The position numbers and the translations under genes were made by a program. From assembly GCA_963765765.1 (NCBI GenBank), contig CAVXYC010000007.1, positions 96,001 through 160,000 of the forward strand: a stretch of DNA of 64,000 nt, given 5' to 3'. Source of the DNA: an uncultured Chloroflexia bacterium. GTDB lineage: Bacteria; Chloroflexota; UBA6077; JACCZL01. Positions 43,080 through 54,126 of the stretch are shown piece after piece. Numbering within the stretch: position 1 is the first letter of the stretch; every line of letters begins with the position of its first letter. The notes beneath the pieces were generated by a model, which was given only the letters and a program-made list of their open reading frames with translations, was not told the origin of the DNA and did no database searches.

Positions 43080-44819
43080 TCAGCGCGCAGCGTCAAGTCG
43101 CAGGCCGGCGAATCGCGCAATAAGCGCCACTCCGACGGTCATAAACAGCAAGAGCACACCAACGACTGATGCCGCCCCGTACTGATTGGTACTCAGCAGC
43201 GAAAGCTGCAACATGGACAGCGGCTGATTGGACGAGTTGGACAGCAACGCAATCGAGCCGGTGGCGCGGGCACCGGTGGCAAACATCAGCACGCCCACCA
43301 CCGCGACGGTGGGCGCGATGAGCGGCAGCACGACTCGCCTGAACGTGTGCCACCAGGATGCCCCGGACGCCCATGACGCTTCCTCCAGCTCATGACCGAG
43401 CTGCAGCAGGCTTGCCTTGGTGATCTGCGTGCCGAGCGTGATGCTGGCCAGGGCGGTCACCAGGATGAGCACGAACGTGGTCCCGTACAGCGGTCGCGAG
43501 AAACGGTGTCCCCAGGAACAGCCACAGGAACCCGAGGCTCAGGATAATGCCCGGCAGCGTAGACGGGACCCAGACAAGGGCGTCCAACAGCTTCCGACCG
43601 CCGTACTGCGTGCGCACGATGATGTACGCCACCAGCGTGAATGCCGACATGCAGATCAGCGCTTTGCCGCCGGCCACGATGAGCGTATTGATGGTGGCGC
43701 TGATGATTCCGGGATTGGTGAACGCCATCTGCCAGTGCTTGAACGTCCATGGCTCGGCAATGTTGAAGTAGCCAAACACGCGTCATGAACGTGCCCATGA
43801 TCACCATGCCTACCGGCAGCACGGTCATGACCAGAACCAGTCCCAGGACGAGTGCGAACAGCGGGCGGCGCCAGCGTCCCAGAGGCGTCAGCCGCCGCGA
43901 GAACTTCCCGCTGACCGTCACGTGGCTGCGGTGGGTGCTGTACCACTGCTGGAACATGATGGCCGGGCAGCATGATCGCCAGGACGGCCATACTCAGCGC
44001 CGTTGCGACGCCGTACTCTGGCGGCTCGCGCTGGGCGATCCGGTAAATGCGCGTGCTGAATACGTCTAGCCGCGTCGGCGCGCCGAGGATGAGCTCCGGC
44101 TCGAACGATTCCAGTGCCCGAATGGTGCTCAGAATGGTGACCACCAGAATTGCCGGGCCGAGGATCGGAACAATGATCCGCAGAAGCGTTGCGAGACTGC
44201 TGGCGCCGGACGCAAGTGACGCTTCTTCCAGGGATGCGTCAAGATTCCGGAACGCCGGCGTGAGAAGCATCACCTGAACCGCGACGGTACCGCTCAGCAG
44301 GTGCGCCGCGACGATACCCCACCAGGTATAGATATCGAACACCGGGCCGGTCACAAACGGCAGCAGCCGCAGAAGCTGGTTGACGATCCCGTTGAAGCTA
44401 TCGAACAACAGAATCCAGGCCACCAGTACCGTCAGGCTGGGCAGGAATACGGCTACCCAGAAGCCCAACTCCAGCCACGAGGCCCATGGCAGGTCCGTCC
44501 GAGCGATGAGCCAGGCAACGCCGATGGCCAGCGATAGGCTGATTGCCTGACGCGTGACGGCCAGGCTGATGGTATTCCAGATCGCGCTCACCAGCGCCGG
44601 CTCTGTCACGGCCGCTCGCCAATTGTCCAGTCCCATGTGCGTCTCGCGACCAAACGGTCCGACCCATAAGCTGTTGATCAGCAGCAGGACCACCGGATAA
44701 ACGACCAGCAAGCCCACCAGCGCCAGCACCAGCGTGCACAGCACGGTTGTTACGGAGACCGTCAGTCCCGACCGTGACGAGGTTGGAGCTCTGCCGGCGG
44801 CTACCTGTTGGTTAGCCAT
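43080..44819 (-). CDS. Fe3+-type ABC permease (two TM domains), 3 frameshifts
   Basis: Two EAA motifs, LEEASLASGA and LEEASWASGA; AWLIARTD. Confidence 0.87.
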
Positions 44820-44839
44820 TTCAGTCCTTCGGAAGCGCC

Positions 44840-45768
44840 CTACAGATACCCGACTTCCCGATAGTATCGTTCCGCCCCTGGGTGGTACGGGAAGCCGCGG
44901 TCACCGGCCACCTCTCGTTCGTCGTAGGAGAATGGCAGCAACGTCATGTCGGAAGAAATGGCGGCCCTCGTCAAGCGCCTTCGCCAGCAGGTAGGCAAAG
45001 TCATCCGGCATATCGTCGCGCCCGTAGATCACCTGCCACGGTCGATACATTGAAGGCGTGTCCTTCTCCACTCCGCGATACAGGCGATAGGGAATAAAGC
45101 CCGGCTCGCCGCCAAGCTCCTCGCACATGCTGTTGAGCAGATCGTCCGGTATCGGCAGGAAGCGCAGGTTGAAGAGCATCGACGCGTCGTACCAGAACGT
45201 CTGCTCGATGGTGAACGCCGCGTAGATCGGATCCATGATCACGTCGAATTCACCGGTCCTGGCCCATGGGCCGGGGACGAAGGGTGCGCCCTCGCGTCGC
45301 ATCGGCATTCGATAGAAAGCTCCGCCCCACGACTCGATCATCTCCCGCGAGAGCCCGTGGTACTTCCAGATCGGCTCGAACAGCGATCCGGTGCCGCCGA
45401 TCACTCGGACGGGGAGCTGGCGCTCTTTGATCTGACCGAGATTGGTGATGAACGTGTCGGCCCGCACGGCCACGCCCAGCCAGGCGGGATGCATAATCGT
45501 CGCCAGCATGCGCAGATTGGTGCGTGGCTCCTCGCCGGCGAAGGTGTGCTTGCCCTGGTAGGCCCAGCGAGCCGCGTGCGCCGAGGTGGCGCCTAGATCG
45601 ACCTGCCGCAGAAAGCACCCTCGGATTGCGATCGCGCGATGCCTCCGGCTCGACTCGCACCTCATAGCCGTGCTTCTCCAGCGCGCGGCCAACGATCAGG
45701 CCCAGCGTTCCCCACGGTGTGCCCAACCCGGCGCCACCGAACACCAGCTTCTTGTCAGCGAAGGTCAT
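44840..45768 (-). CDS. TAXI-family TRAP solute-binding protein, 2 frameshifts, no visible signal peptide
   Basis: GAGLGTPW N-terminus; GRDDMPDDFAY; C-terminal PYHPGAERYYREVGYL* in the shifted frame. Confidence 0.78.
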
Positions 45769-46058
45769 GGCGATCCCCTTAGGGGACGCATCGTAGCGGA
45801 CAGGTGGGGTATCCGCAAGAATCTAGCGGGAGCAGAGGCCTGCCCGGGATCCGCCCGGTCGCTACACACCGTTCGCTGTTTCCCGAAATCCTCCGGGAAT
45901 CCGCCTTTGAAGCGATCGAAACGGGGTCGCGCCTCACCTCTGAGCCGCGATTGTGACGCGCGGTCAGGCAATCTCGGTCTATTGTTTGCTCGTGTGACGC
46001 GACGGCGCATGTATCTCGTACGACCCTCGATGTCAGTAGCTCGTTAAAGACTGAGACT

Positions 46059-47368
46059 GTGATGCAGATACCATCCCGCCACCAACCGCGTTGGAAGCGC
46101 GGAACGCTTGCGTTCGTGACCAGCTCCGCGCTGCTTCTGGCCGCGTGCGCACCAGCTCAGGTTCCGGCTCAACCACCAACATCGGCTCCCACAAACGCGC
46201 CCCAACCCGCGTCGTCCCCTACCGGCGCTCCGGCCCCGGCCGCATCGCCAGCGTCATCGCCGGCTGCTTCCCCCGCGGCAGCTCAAGCCTGGCCAGGATC
46301 GCTCGAGCGCGCCGCGGAAGCGCTAGTCGAGCTGGTCAATGCCAACCCGGGCAACCGCTCCGGTTTAGCTCAGATGCTCCAACAGTGGAGCCCCGTCTCT
46401 CCTGACCCGGCCGCGCCAAAGAATTCGCTGACGGAGGCCGATCTTACCGGCGACGGCCAGCCCGAGCTGGTTATCGGCCTGGTTGAACCTGAAGCACCTT
46501 CGAATCCGGCCGGCTCGCGGGGCCTTGTGGTCGCGCTCCATAACGAAGGAGGACGGTACCGCTCCATCCCGATTGCAACCAGCTCAACCCCCAGCCCGCC
46601 AGCCGGTCCATACATCCAGCAGGTCGTGGACGTGAATGCCGACCGAGCGGCGGAGGTCTTGACGACAAGTAAAGTTTGTGGCGCCAGCACGTGTACGACT
46701 TATCCGGCATTGGCAAGTTGGGCTGGCGGCAGTTACCGTTTGCTTACCCCGGCCGACTTGAGCATGGCCAGCGCCGATGTGAAACTCGAGGACCGTGACA
46801 ACGACGGACGGCTCGAGCTAGTCCTTGCTGGCGGACAGCTCGGCTCCGCGGGCGCGGGCGTGCAGCGAGGACGCACCGAGATCTATCGGTATGTCGGCGG
46901 ACGTTATGAGCTGGCCGATACACAGACTGAGGCGACCAGCTCGCGGTACCTGGTGATCGCGGACGCCAACGCCGCGTTCGACCGCAAGGACTTCCGCGCG
47001 GCCGAGCCGCTCTACCAGCGTGCCGCCGCCGACGATACGCTGAGCGACGAGCGCCCCAGCGGCGGCAATCCGGGACCCGGCCTGCGTGCGTTCGCCCGTT
47101 TCCGTCTGCTCCTGCTCAACGCGATCCAGGGCAAGGATAACGAGGCCGGAATAATCCTGGAGCGGATGAAGTCGCTGGATGCCGCCACCCCGTATCCCGC
47201 CGCTGCCCAGACGTTCTGGCATACCTACGGCCAAACCGGTTCGTGGAAGCCGGATGCGCCCAGTTCACCGAGTCCGCGCGTCGGCAGCCCGCCATGCTCG
47301 AGCCACTCAACGGCTGGGGCCACTCGAACACGGAGATGAAGGCCGAGGAGCTGTGCGAGGAGCCTTAA
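46059..47368 (+). CDS. Lipoprotein with FG-GAP-like Ca-binding repeats and a TPR-like C-terminal region; frameshift near 47245
   Basis: Lipobox LAAC; DLTGDGQPEL, DVNADRAAE, DRDNDGRLEL; CGASTC. Confidence 0.75.
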
Positions 47369-47394
47369 GGCGGAGGCGGGTCACTCGCCGAGAA

Positions 47395-47489
47395 TCCGTG
47401 ACGCGGTCTTCTAACGAGAACACGCCGGCGTCCGCGATCCGTCGATATTCAGCTACCGTGAACGGGCGCTTGGTGGGAACCTGTACCAT
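47395..47489 (-). pseudogene. 5' fragment of a Uma2 (DUF820) family endonuclease
   Basis: GAGGAG RBS + MVQVPTKRPFTVAEYRRIADAGVFSLEDRV, then similarity stops. Confidence 0.65.
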
Positions 47490-47628
47490 CGAGCGCTCCT
47501 CGACTCAATCTATGGCTTGCGCTCTGCACCTCTGTCCGCTGTCTCTCGGGCTTGAGGATGAGAACTGGAGAAGGCGCCCTCGATGGGGCCCTCAAGTTCA
47601 AGCATAGGATTGCGGAGTTGACACAATG

Positions 47629-47662
47629 AAGCGCCCGTTCACGGTTCTGTGAACGGGCGCTT
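47629..47662. terminator. 14-bp perfect hairpin downstream of the LPXTG gene
   Basis: AAGCGCCCGTTCAC-N6-GTGAACGGGCGCTT. Confidence 0.65.
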
Positions 47663-47701
47663 GTAAGTCGCTCGGGCGGCGTCGAGCCCGGTGATCCGCT
47701 C

Positions 47702-48444
47702 CTAACGGCGGCGGCGCGCGGCCAGGCCAAGGCCAACGCCGACCACGCCCAGCGCTCCGGCGACCGCCGGGATGAAGGACATGATCGTGCTGCCATCACC
47801 CGTGCGCGGGAGTGCCGCGGGGATCTGGACCGCCGGCGAAGCGACGGGCTTGGGCGCTACCGGTGCGGAGGCCGTGGTGGGCTTAGGCGCGGGGATCTGC
47901 GCAGCGGCCGGCGCGGCGGTGGTCGCGGTGGCAGACCGGCTTCGGCTGCGCGGCGGCCGGCGCCGCCGTGGTCGCGGTTGCCGCCGGCTGCGACTCGCCC
48001 GACGGCTGAGCCGCGCCGGCTGACGGCCGGGATGGTGCCACAGGCCACGTAGACGTTGGCCTCCTGCGGCGACTTGTGCACGTTGATCGCGAATCCGCCG
48101 GTTTGTACGGCGCTCAGTGGCGTGTTCACCATCGACGTGGACTTACCGTCGCGTGGGAATTCCAGGGCGAACACCACACCGCCGAGCGTGGGGCCACAAT
48201 TGCCGGTGTGAATGTGCGCCGGCTGCGGGCCAGCAGGCGAATTCGCGAGGTCGATCACAACCCGCGTTTGATCACCCTCCGCCGATAACATTGCCGTTCC
48301 AGACTGACCGGATCCGTTCTCCTCCGCGAGCGCGATGGTGACAGTCGTCGGTTGAGCACCGACAGAAACAGCGAGCGGGAGAACGACAGGCACGGCCACC
48401 GCCGCGAAAAGCGCTAGGGCGGATACAAACACCTGAGACTTCAT
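47702..48444 (-). CDS. Secreted CHRD/Cu-Zn SOD-like domain protein with a C-terminal LPRTG sorting signal; frameshifted in the P/A linker
   Basis: GGAGG RBS; signal peptide; PAHIHTGNC, INVH, ACG; ALPRTGDG + hydrophobic stretch + RRRR*. Confidence 0.78.
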
Positions 48445-48635
48445 AACTTCCTCCGTGGATACCAGAGTGCTAAGAATCCCGAGCCGATCCGAGTGTCGGC
48501 AATTCGGCACCGTCCGTGGTCAGTAATCCATCCATGGCGACCGCTGCCTAGTATACGCCGGTTGACAGGGAGATTTCAGCGCAGATTCAAGAAAATACTG
48601 AGTGCATTCCGATGAGTGATGTCTACGTGATGTCC

Positions 48636-48652
48636 GTTAACAATCTGTTAAC
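48636..48652. promoter_or_regulatory. GTTAAC-N5-GTTAAC direct repeat, candidate OmpR/PhoB-family site
   Basis: 11-bp period in the divergent intergenic region upstream of the two-component operon. Confidence 0.45.
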
Positions 48653-48777
48653 TCTTTGCTAAGTACCGGTTAGGTCCCTCAGGTCATACTGGGACGCATT
48701 CCGTTCCTAGATTTCCCTTCATTTGATCAAGGCCCGCTGAGCGACGACAATCTAGAAGTGGAGGCGCTTCTTTATAC

Positions 48778-48939
48778 ATGCCAGCAAAGCTCATTGCCCT
48801 GGCGCTGCTGCTCATCGTGATCATGCTCGTTATCTGGGTGCTGTATGGCGAGCTCATCGCGGCGCGGATTGCTCGAGCGCGTAACCGAGCCCCTGACAAC
48901 GATGGCCTCCCCAGAGGCGATCCATGGCCGCGTCGCTAG
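48778..48939 (+). CDS. 53-aa single-TM small protein (below the ORF-track cut-off)
   Basis: MPAKLIALALLLIVIMLVIWVLYGELIAARIARAR...; GGAGG at 48760; overlaps the regulator start. Confidence 0.55.
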   Translation: MPAKLIALALLLIVIMLVIWVLYGELIAARIARARNRAPDNDGLPRGDPWPRR

Positions 48940-49607
48940 TCCTGGTTGCTGACGACGAGCGGAACATCCAGGAGCTCGCCCGTCTCTATCTCACAAATGA
49001 TGGCTTCCAGGTGGAGACCGCGGCGAACGGACGCGAAGCGCTGGAGAAGGCACGCGCGGCGTCGCCAAGTCTTATTCTCCTGGACCTCATGATGCCGGAG
49101 ATGGACGGCTGGGAAGTGTGCCGCGAGCTTCGGCGTGAGAGTGACGTCCCGATCATCATCATCACCGCACGTGGGGATGATGTGGACAAGGTGGTAGGAC
49201 TTGAGCTTGGGGCCGACGACTACATTACTAAGCCGTTCAATCCGCGCGAGCTGATAGCACGGGTGAAAGCGGTTCTCCGCCGCTACAGAACAGGACAGAC
49301 GCCCACGCGCGTGCTGACTCTGGCGGATCTGCGCGTGGATCTAGATCGACGCGAGGTGCACGTGGGTGACCGCACGTTGGAGCTCCGTCCCAAGGAATTC
49401 GAGCTGCTGGCGCTCCTGGCCAGCGCACCGGGCATTGTGTTTCCACGAGAGCGACTCCTCCAGCAAGCCTGGGGCTACGAGTACTACGGGGACTCACGCA
49501 CCATCGACGTGCACGTCACCTGGCTACGCGACAAGCTTGCGGGCAGCGGCGTGCGGATCCAGACCGCCTGGGGCGTTGGGTACAAGCTCGTCGAGAGCGC
49601 AGAGTGA
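48924..49607 (+). CDS. OmpR/PhoB family response regulator
   Basis: LLDLMMP, GADDYITKPF, SRTIDVHV..LRDKL. Confidence 0.95.
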   Translation: MAASLVLVADDERNIQELARLYLTNDGFQVETAANGREALEKARAASPSLILLDLMMPEMDGWEVCRELRRESDVPIIIITARGDDVDKVVGLELGADDYITKPFNPRELIARVKAVLRRYRTGQTPTRVLTLADLRVDLDRREVHVGDRTLELRPKEFELLALLASAPGIVFPRERLLQQAWGYEYYGDSRTIDVHVTWLRDKLAGSGVRIQTAWGVGYKLVESAE

Positions 49608-49709
49608 TGCAATGAAGAATGCAGGAGTAAGAATGAAGAATGGGGGCTCTGCACTCTGCACTCCCCATTTGCCACTCTTCACTTTGCCCCTTGCACTCGT
49701 CACTCGCCC
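49598..49709. repeat. Degenerate heptamer repeat array (AATGAAG-type, then TCTGCAC-type), roughly inverted
   Basis: Purine-rich 7-mers followed by pyrimidine-rich 7-mers between regulator and kinase. Confidence 0.55.
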
Positions 49710-51209
49710 ATGACCGTCCCCGGCAGTCTCCGCGCGCGCCTGATCCTGGCCTTCGCGGTCATCATTTTTCTGACGCTCGGGCTGGTGGCTTCGGGGTTTG
49801 TCTACATTCTGCGCGAATACCAGGCACAGCGAGAGATGGATCGGCTGGCGGGCCTGGCCACGGTGCTCCAGAGCCAGATGCGCCAGGGTGAAATCTCAGG
49901 CGCGAGCCGAGATGACTTAACCGACTATATGCGGCGAACGTCAGATGAGCTAGACATCGGCCTTGTGCTGCTCAACCCCCAGGGCGTCGTGCTCTTCGAT
50001 TCCGAGGATCGACTGGTGGGTCGGCGAGTAGATCTCTCGTCAGCAGCCCGCGTGGGACCTATTCGGCGCATGCGAGTGGCCGCCTTTACCGGCGAGGATG
50101 ATTTGATCTTCGTGGTAGTCACACCGCTTTTCGCGGCGGCACCGGCAAATCCTCCCGCAAATGTGCGCGAGCGTCCGCAGCTCGCGCTCGGCCTGGTGAC
50201 CCGACAGCAGAGCCTGACCTCCGCGTGGATGGATATGGCGCCGCGCCTGGCGACTGTGGCTGCGATTGCCTTGCTGGTGTCCATCGGCGTGGCCTGGCTG
50301 CTGGCAAGCTCCATTGCTGGCCCGCTCACGGCGATGACGCACGCCAGCGAGGAGATAGCCCGCGGTCGATACGAGCAAGACATTCCGGTGCGCGGAGAGG
50401 ACGAGGTGGCGCGGCTTGCCCGCGCGTTCAATGTGATGGCGCATGAGGTATCCGATTCTCAACGTACGTTGCGCGACTTCGTGACTAACGTCTCGCATGA
50501 TTTGCGCACGCCGCTGACCTCCATTCAAGGGTTCTCCCAGGCGCTAATGGACGGCGCCGTTCGGGGGTCGGATGGCGCGGCACAAGCCGGGCGGATCATC
50601 CATGAAGAGTCTGAGCGGATGCGCACCATGATCGAAGACTTGCTTGAGCTCTCGCGTATCGAATCCGGACAGGTCAGCTTGCGGATTGGACCAGTGCAAC
50701 TGGAGCTGCTGGCGGAGCGGGCGAGGCAGCGCATCGAGGTGCAGGCTGCCGAGCGTCGGATCGAGGTCAAGCTTGACGTGGTCCCCACACCGGCGGCCGC
50801 GGCGGACGATCGACGTATAGAGCAGGTACTGGACAATCTTCTGGGCAATGCGCTGAAGTTCACACCGGAGGGCGGAATCCTCACAATTCGAGCTCGTCCG
50901 GTTGAGTCTGGTGCGATGCTGGCAGTGCACAACACCGGCTCATATATCCCGCAAGATGACCTGCCACGCGTCTTTGAGCGGTTCTATCAGGTAGATAAAT
51001 CCCGTACGAGCTTGGGATCAGGCAGCGGCCTTGGGCTGGCTATTGCGCTGGAGATAGTTCAGGCGCATGGCGGAACGCTATCCGCTACCAGTGACCCCGT
51101 GACCGGGACTGAGTTCCGCATGGTATTGCCGCGTACGCCCGTACCACGCAATGGAGCCTCGTCCGTTATAGAAATGAAGGCCGCGCCGACCCCCGCGCGA
51201 TCCGCTTAG
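49710..51209 (+). CDS. HAMP-domain sensor histidine kinase
   Basis: 2 TM; HAMP; SHDLRTPLT; NLLGNA; FERFY; GSGLGLAI. Confidence 0.95.
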   Translation: MTVPGSLRARLILAFAVIIFLTLGLVASGFVYILREYQAQREMDRLAGLATVLQSQMRQGEISGASRDDLTDYMRRTSDELDIGLVLLNPQGVVLFDSEDRLVGRRVDLSSAARVGPIRRMRVAAFTGEDDLIFVVVTPLFAAAPANPPANVRERPQLALGLVTRQQSLTSAWMDMAPRLATVAAIALLVSIGVAWLLASSIAGPLTAMTHASEEIARGRYEQDIPVRGEDEVARLARAFNVMAHEVSDSQRTLRDFVTNVSHDLRTPLTSIQGFSQALMDGAVRGSDGAAQAGRIIHEESERMRTMIEDLLELSRIESGQVSLRIGPVQLELLAERARQRIEVQAAERRIEVKLDVVPTPAAAADDRRIEQVLDNLLGNALKFTPEGGILTIRARPVESGAMLAVHNTGSYIPQDDLPRVFERFYQVDKSRTSLGSGSGLGLAIALEIVQAHGGTLSATSDPVTGTEFRMVLPRTPVPRNGASSVIEMKAAPTPARSA

Positions 51210-51369
51210 CAATCTCATGTCATGTCATTGGAGCATGGGCATAGGGGTAAAGAACCTGCTATCGTACGACCGCCCACGCCGTGATTCGTTCATGTTTTCA
51301 CGGAGCCGCGTGATCCGCGTCGGTCGCATCTATTAGCATTCATCGGCCTGCTGCCTTACTAAACACGTC

Positions 51370-53165
51370 GTGCGAAGCTTCCCGCTCTTCATCATCGCTC
51401 TCCTTACCCTCGCGTGCGCTCTCACGCCCACCGTGGCGCTTGCCGCGGACGAGAAGAGCGTCATCGGCGGCACCGTCTATTTGGATAAGAATAGGGACGC
51501 CAGTCCAGCCGGTGATTCGGGCCTGCGCGGCATTCAGGTAACACTCACCGGCCCCAAGAACTCCAAGCGCGAGACGACCGACGCGAAAGGTGGCTACACC
51601 TTCGACGGGCTGCCGGCAGGTCGGTACACCGTTACCGCGGCTGCGCCGGCAGGTCATCAGCTCACCTCGGCTCCGACCATTACCGTCAACACGGACGGAA
51701 AAAACGCCATCAGGGTCATTGACTTCGGTGTGGCGACCGTAGCTGCCACGCCGTCTCCGTCACCATCACCCACGTCAAGCGCATCCGTCACGCCAACACC
51801 AGCATCCGTCACGCCAACACCAACGTTTACGGCTACTCCGTCCTCGGCCGAATCCAACCTGGTGCAGCGACCGAACACGGCCGCTCACCCCAGACATCTG
51901 TTGACGTCACCTCCTCGATCGAGCTGGCTCTGGACGAGCCGGCGCGACCGGCTGGCAGCCCCGCACCCATCGCCACTTCCACAGCCACGATCAACCCGAC
52001 CGCCACGATCACCCCCACCGCAACGCCAGATGGCGGGCGAGGCGGCGTTCCGGATGAAGCCGTGCGCTTGAGGGCGGCCAGTTTGGAACCGCTCCGCTAT
52101 GCCGCGGGGCGGGACCGTTTGGCCAATGTGAAGCGCTGGGAGAATGGCGAGACTGTCTGGCTGAGCGTGCCTTTCCGAACCCAGATGGACGGAACCTACT
52201 TTAGCCAGGTGAACTGTGGCCCCGCGTCTCTTGCCATGGCCATGAGCGCCTTCGGCATCACACTGGATCCCAACAGCATCCGCGAGTACGTCAACTTCAT
52301 CTCCGGAAACGTCGACCCAGACGCCGGCACGAGCCTGGATCACATTGCTCGCGTGGCGCGTGAAGCTGGTCTACGTACGCTGGATTTGTATGGCGCGCGC
52401 GGATATCGCGCTTGGGACCTGGACCTGGTGCGCCAACATGTGGCCCAGGGACATCCGGTCATCACGCTTACGCGGTATCAGAGCCTACCGGGCAACGCTA
52501 ATTCCCGATTCCTTACCGATCATTACGTGGTGATCACGGGTCTCAGTGGCGACGATTTCATTTACAACGATCCGGCTTTTGGCTCAAACGCTGGTTACGG
52601 CCTACTCATTAGTGGACCGGATCTGGAGCGTGCCTGGGTGTTCAGCAGTATTCCGGGCCACTCGCTGGCATTGGCCCTGGACGGCGATGCCCAGATTCCC
52701 GACTGGCTGCGTCGACGCGCGGAGACGCGGGCTACGGCTGCCGGGACGCCCGAGCCAGAGAAGCCAGCTGAAGAGAGCGAAGCTGAAGAGAGCGAAGTTG
52801 AAGTATCGGACGCCATGCCTGCTGTGGGGCAGGTGCCCGGAGACCAGGAGCTGCCTGAAGTCAATGTGGAAACCATGGCGGAGACCCTCCTGGAGCTGCT
52901 CGCGGCACCGAGGGTAGAAGAGCGCGCATACATCGCAAACACGGACGCGGTGGCGGCGGTGCTTCCTGATGAGGCTGCCGAATCACTCGTGATTGCCGCG
53001 GCCGATGACGCATTGGTGCTTCCACCAATCGGGGAAACCAATGCACCGCGCACGGTGCGGCTCGCCGAGGTATTTATTCTCGACCCCACCCTGGTGACGC
53101 TATTCCTAGCGCTTCTGGGCATCTTCTTGTCCCCAGCGATCAGTCGCCGACTGGGGCGTCCCTAG
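51370..53165 (+). CDS. Surface protein: SdrD B-like domain + P/T linker + C39-like peptidase + C-terminal TM; frameshifted in the linker
   Basis: GTVYLDKNRD...TTDAKGGYTFDGLPAGRYTV; VPFRTQ, NCGPASLAM, HYVVITG, YNDP. Confidence 0.8.
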
Positions 53166-53244
53166 GCCTGGTCGGGGCACGTTCCTAGCTGAGTCTCCAG
53201 TGCGTTCTTACTTCTCGTAGGAGCGCGTACCATGGGATTCACCA

Positions 53245-53991
53245 TTATTCGCCTGGAGCTACTCGCCTCTCCGGGGCTTTGTAGTCGTTAGTCTCTGAGA
53301 GCAGTTCCCTGACGACTATCCCGGGTTGCACCGCTGGCCACGCTCGGTGGAGTAACGCTTCCGTGCGAGGCTCTCGTTCCAGTCTCGCCACCGCTTCCCG
53401 CGCGTCCGCGATATGACGTGCGTGAATGCGCAATGCTTCGATCTTCACTTCAAGAGTCTCGCTGATATCGATGAGCGTATTGGCCTGTCCGTCAGGCTCC
53501 TGTTGCATCCCGCGCTCAACCGCCCGCTCAGGTGGCATCGCATCGTAGTAAAGCTCACGCAGCGATAGCCCTTCTCGCCTGAGTCGATGGAAAACGGCGA
53601 ATGTGGCGCGGTGGATCGCGATATGGTCGGGGTGTCGAGTGATTCCGGCCGGTCCAAACGTGACAACCACGTCTGGTAGGAAGGCTCGCATAAGTCGATC
53701 GACATGCGTTTCGAGCTCGGCCTCTGGGACATCCGCTACGCCGCCATCGCGGTAGCCCAGCACTTCGATGCTCTGAAAGCCGATGACTCGAGAGGCATCG
53801 CGTAAGTCCTGTTCGCGCAAGCCTCCTAGCTCTTCCGGGCTGGGGCGAGGTCGTATGTGAGAGTCGCCCTGTTCGCCGCGCGTGAAAAAGAGTCCTCTAA
53901 TTTCCGCCCCACGACGCGCGTATTTTGCGAGCATCGCAGCAGGTCCGAAGCTTTCATCATCCGGGTGAGGGTAGGAGACCAAGATGCGCAT
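53245..53991 (-). CDS. PIG-L/LmbE family deacetylase
   Basis: PHPDDE, TRGE, HPDH motifs. Confidence 0.9.
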   Translation of the reverse strand: MRILVSYPHPDDESFGPAAMLAKYARRGAEIRGLFFTRGEQGDSHIRPRPSPEELGGLREQDLRDASRVIGFQSIEVLGYRDGGVADVPEAELETHVDRLMRAFLPDVVVTFGPAGITRHPDHIAIHRATFAVFHRLRREGLSLRELYYDAMPPERAVERGMQQEPDGQANTLIDISETLEVKIEALRIHARHIADAREAVARLEREPRTEALLHRAWPAVQPGIVVRELLSETNDYKAPERRVAPGE

Positions 53992-54126
53992 GGTGTTCTG
54001 GCAAAATTGTAGCTTCATGGGAGGCTATGATTTGCTCCGCGACGTGGCCTTCAGTACGAAATTGAATTCGCGGGACCGCGAGCTCGCCAAACAAATTCCA
54101 CATTTACTTCAAGGGACAACCCGCTC

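Noticed and set aside
51781-51822. 21-bp tandem duplication (also 15-bp at about 52766-52797)
   Set aside because: Ordinary in-frame expansion in low-complexity linkers
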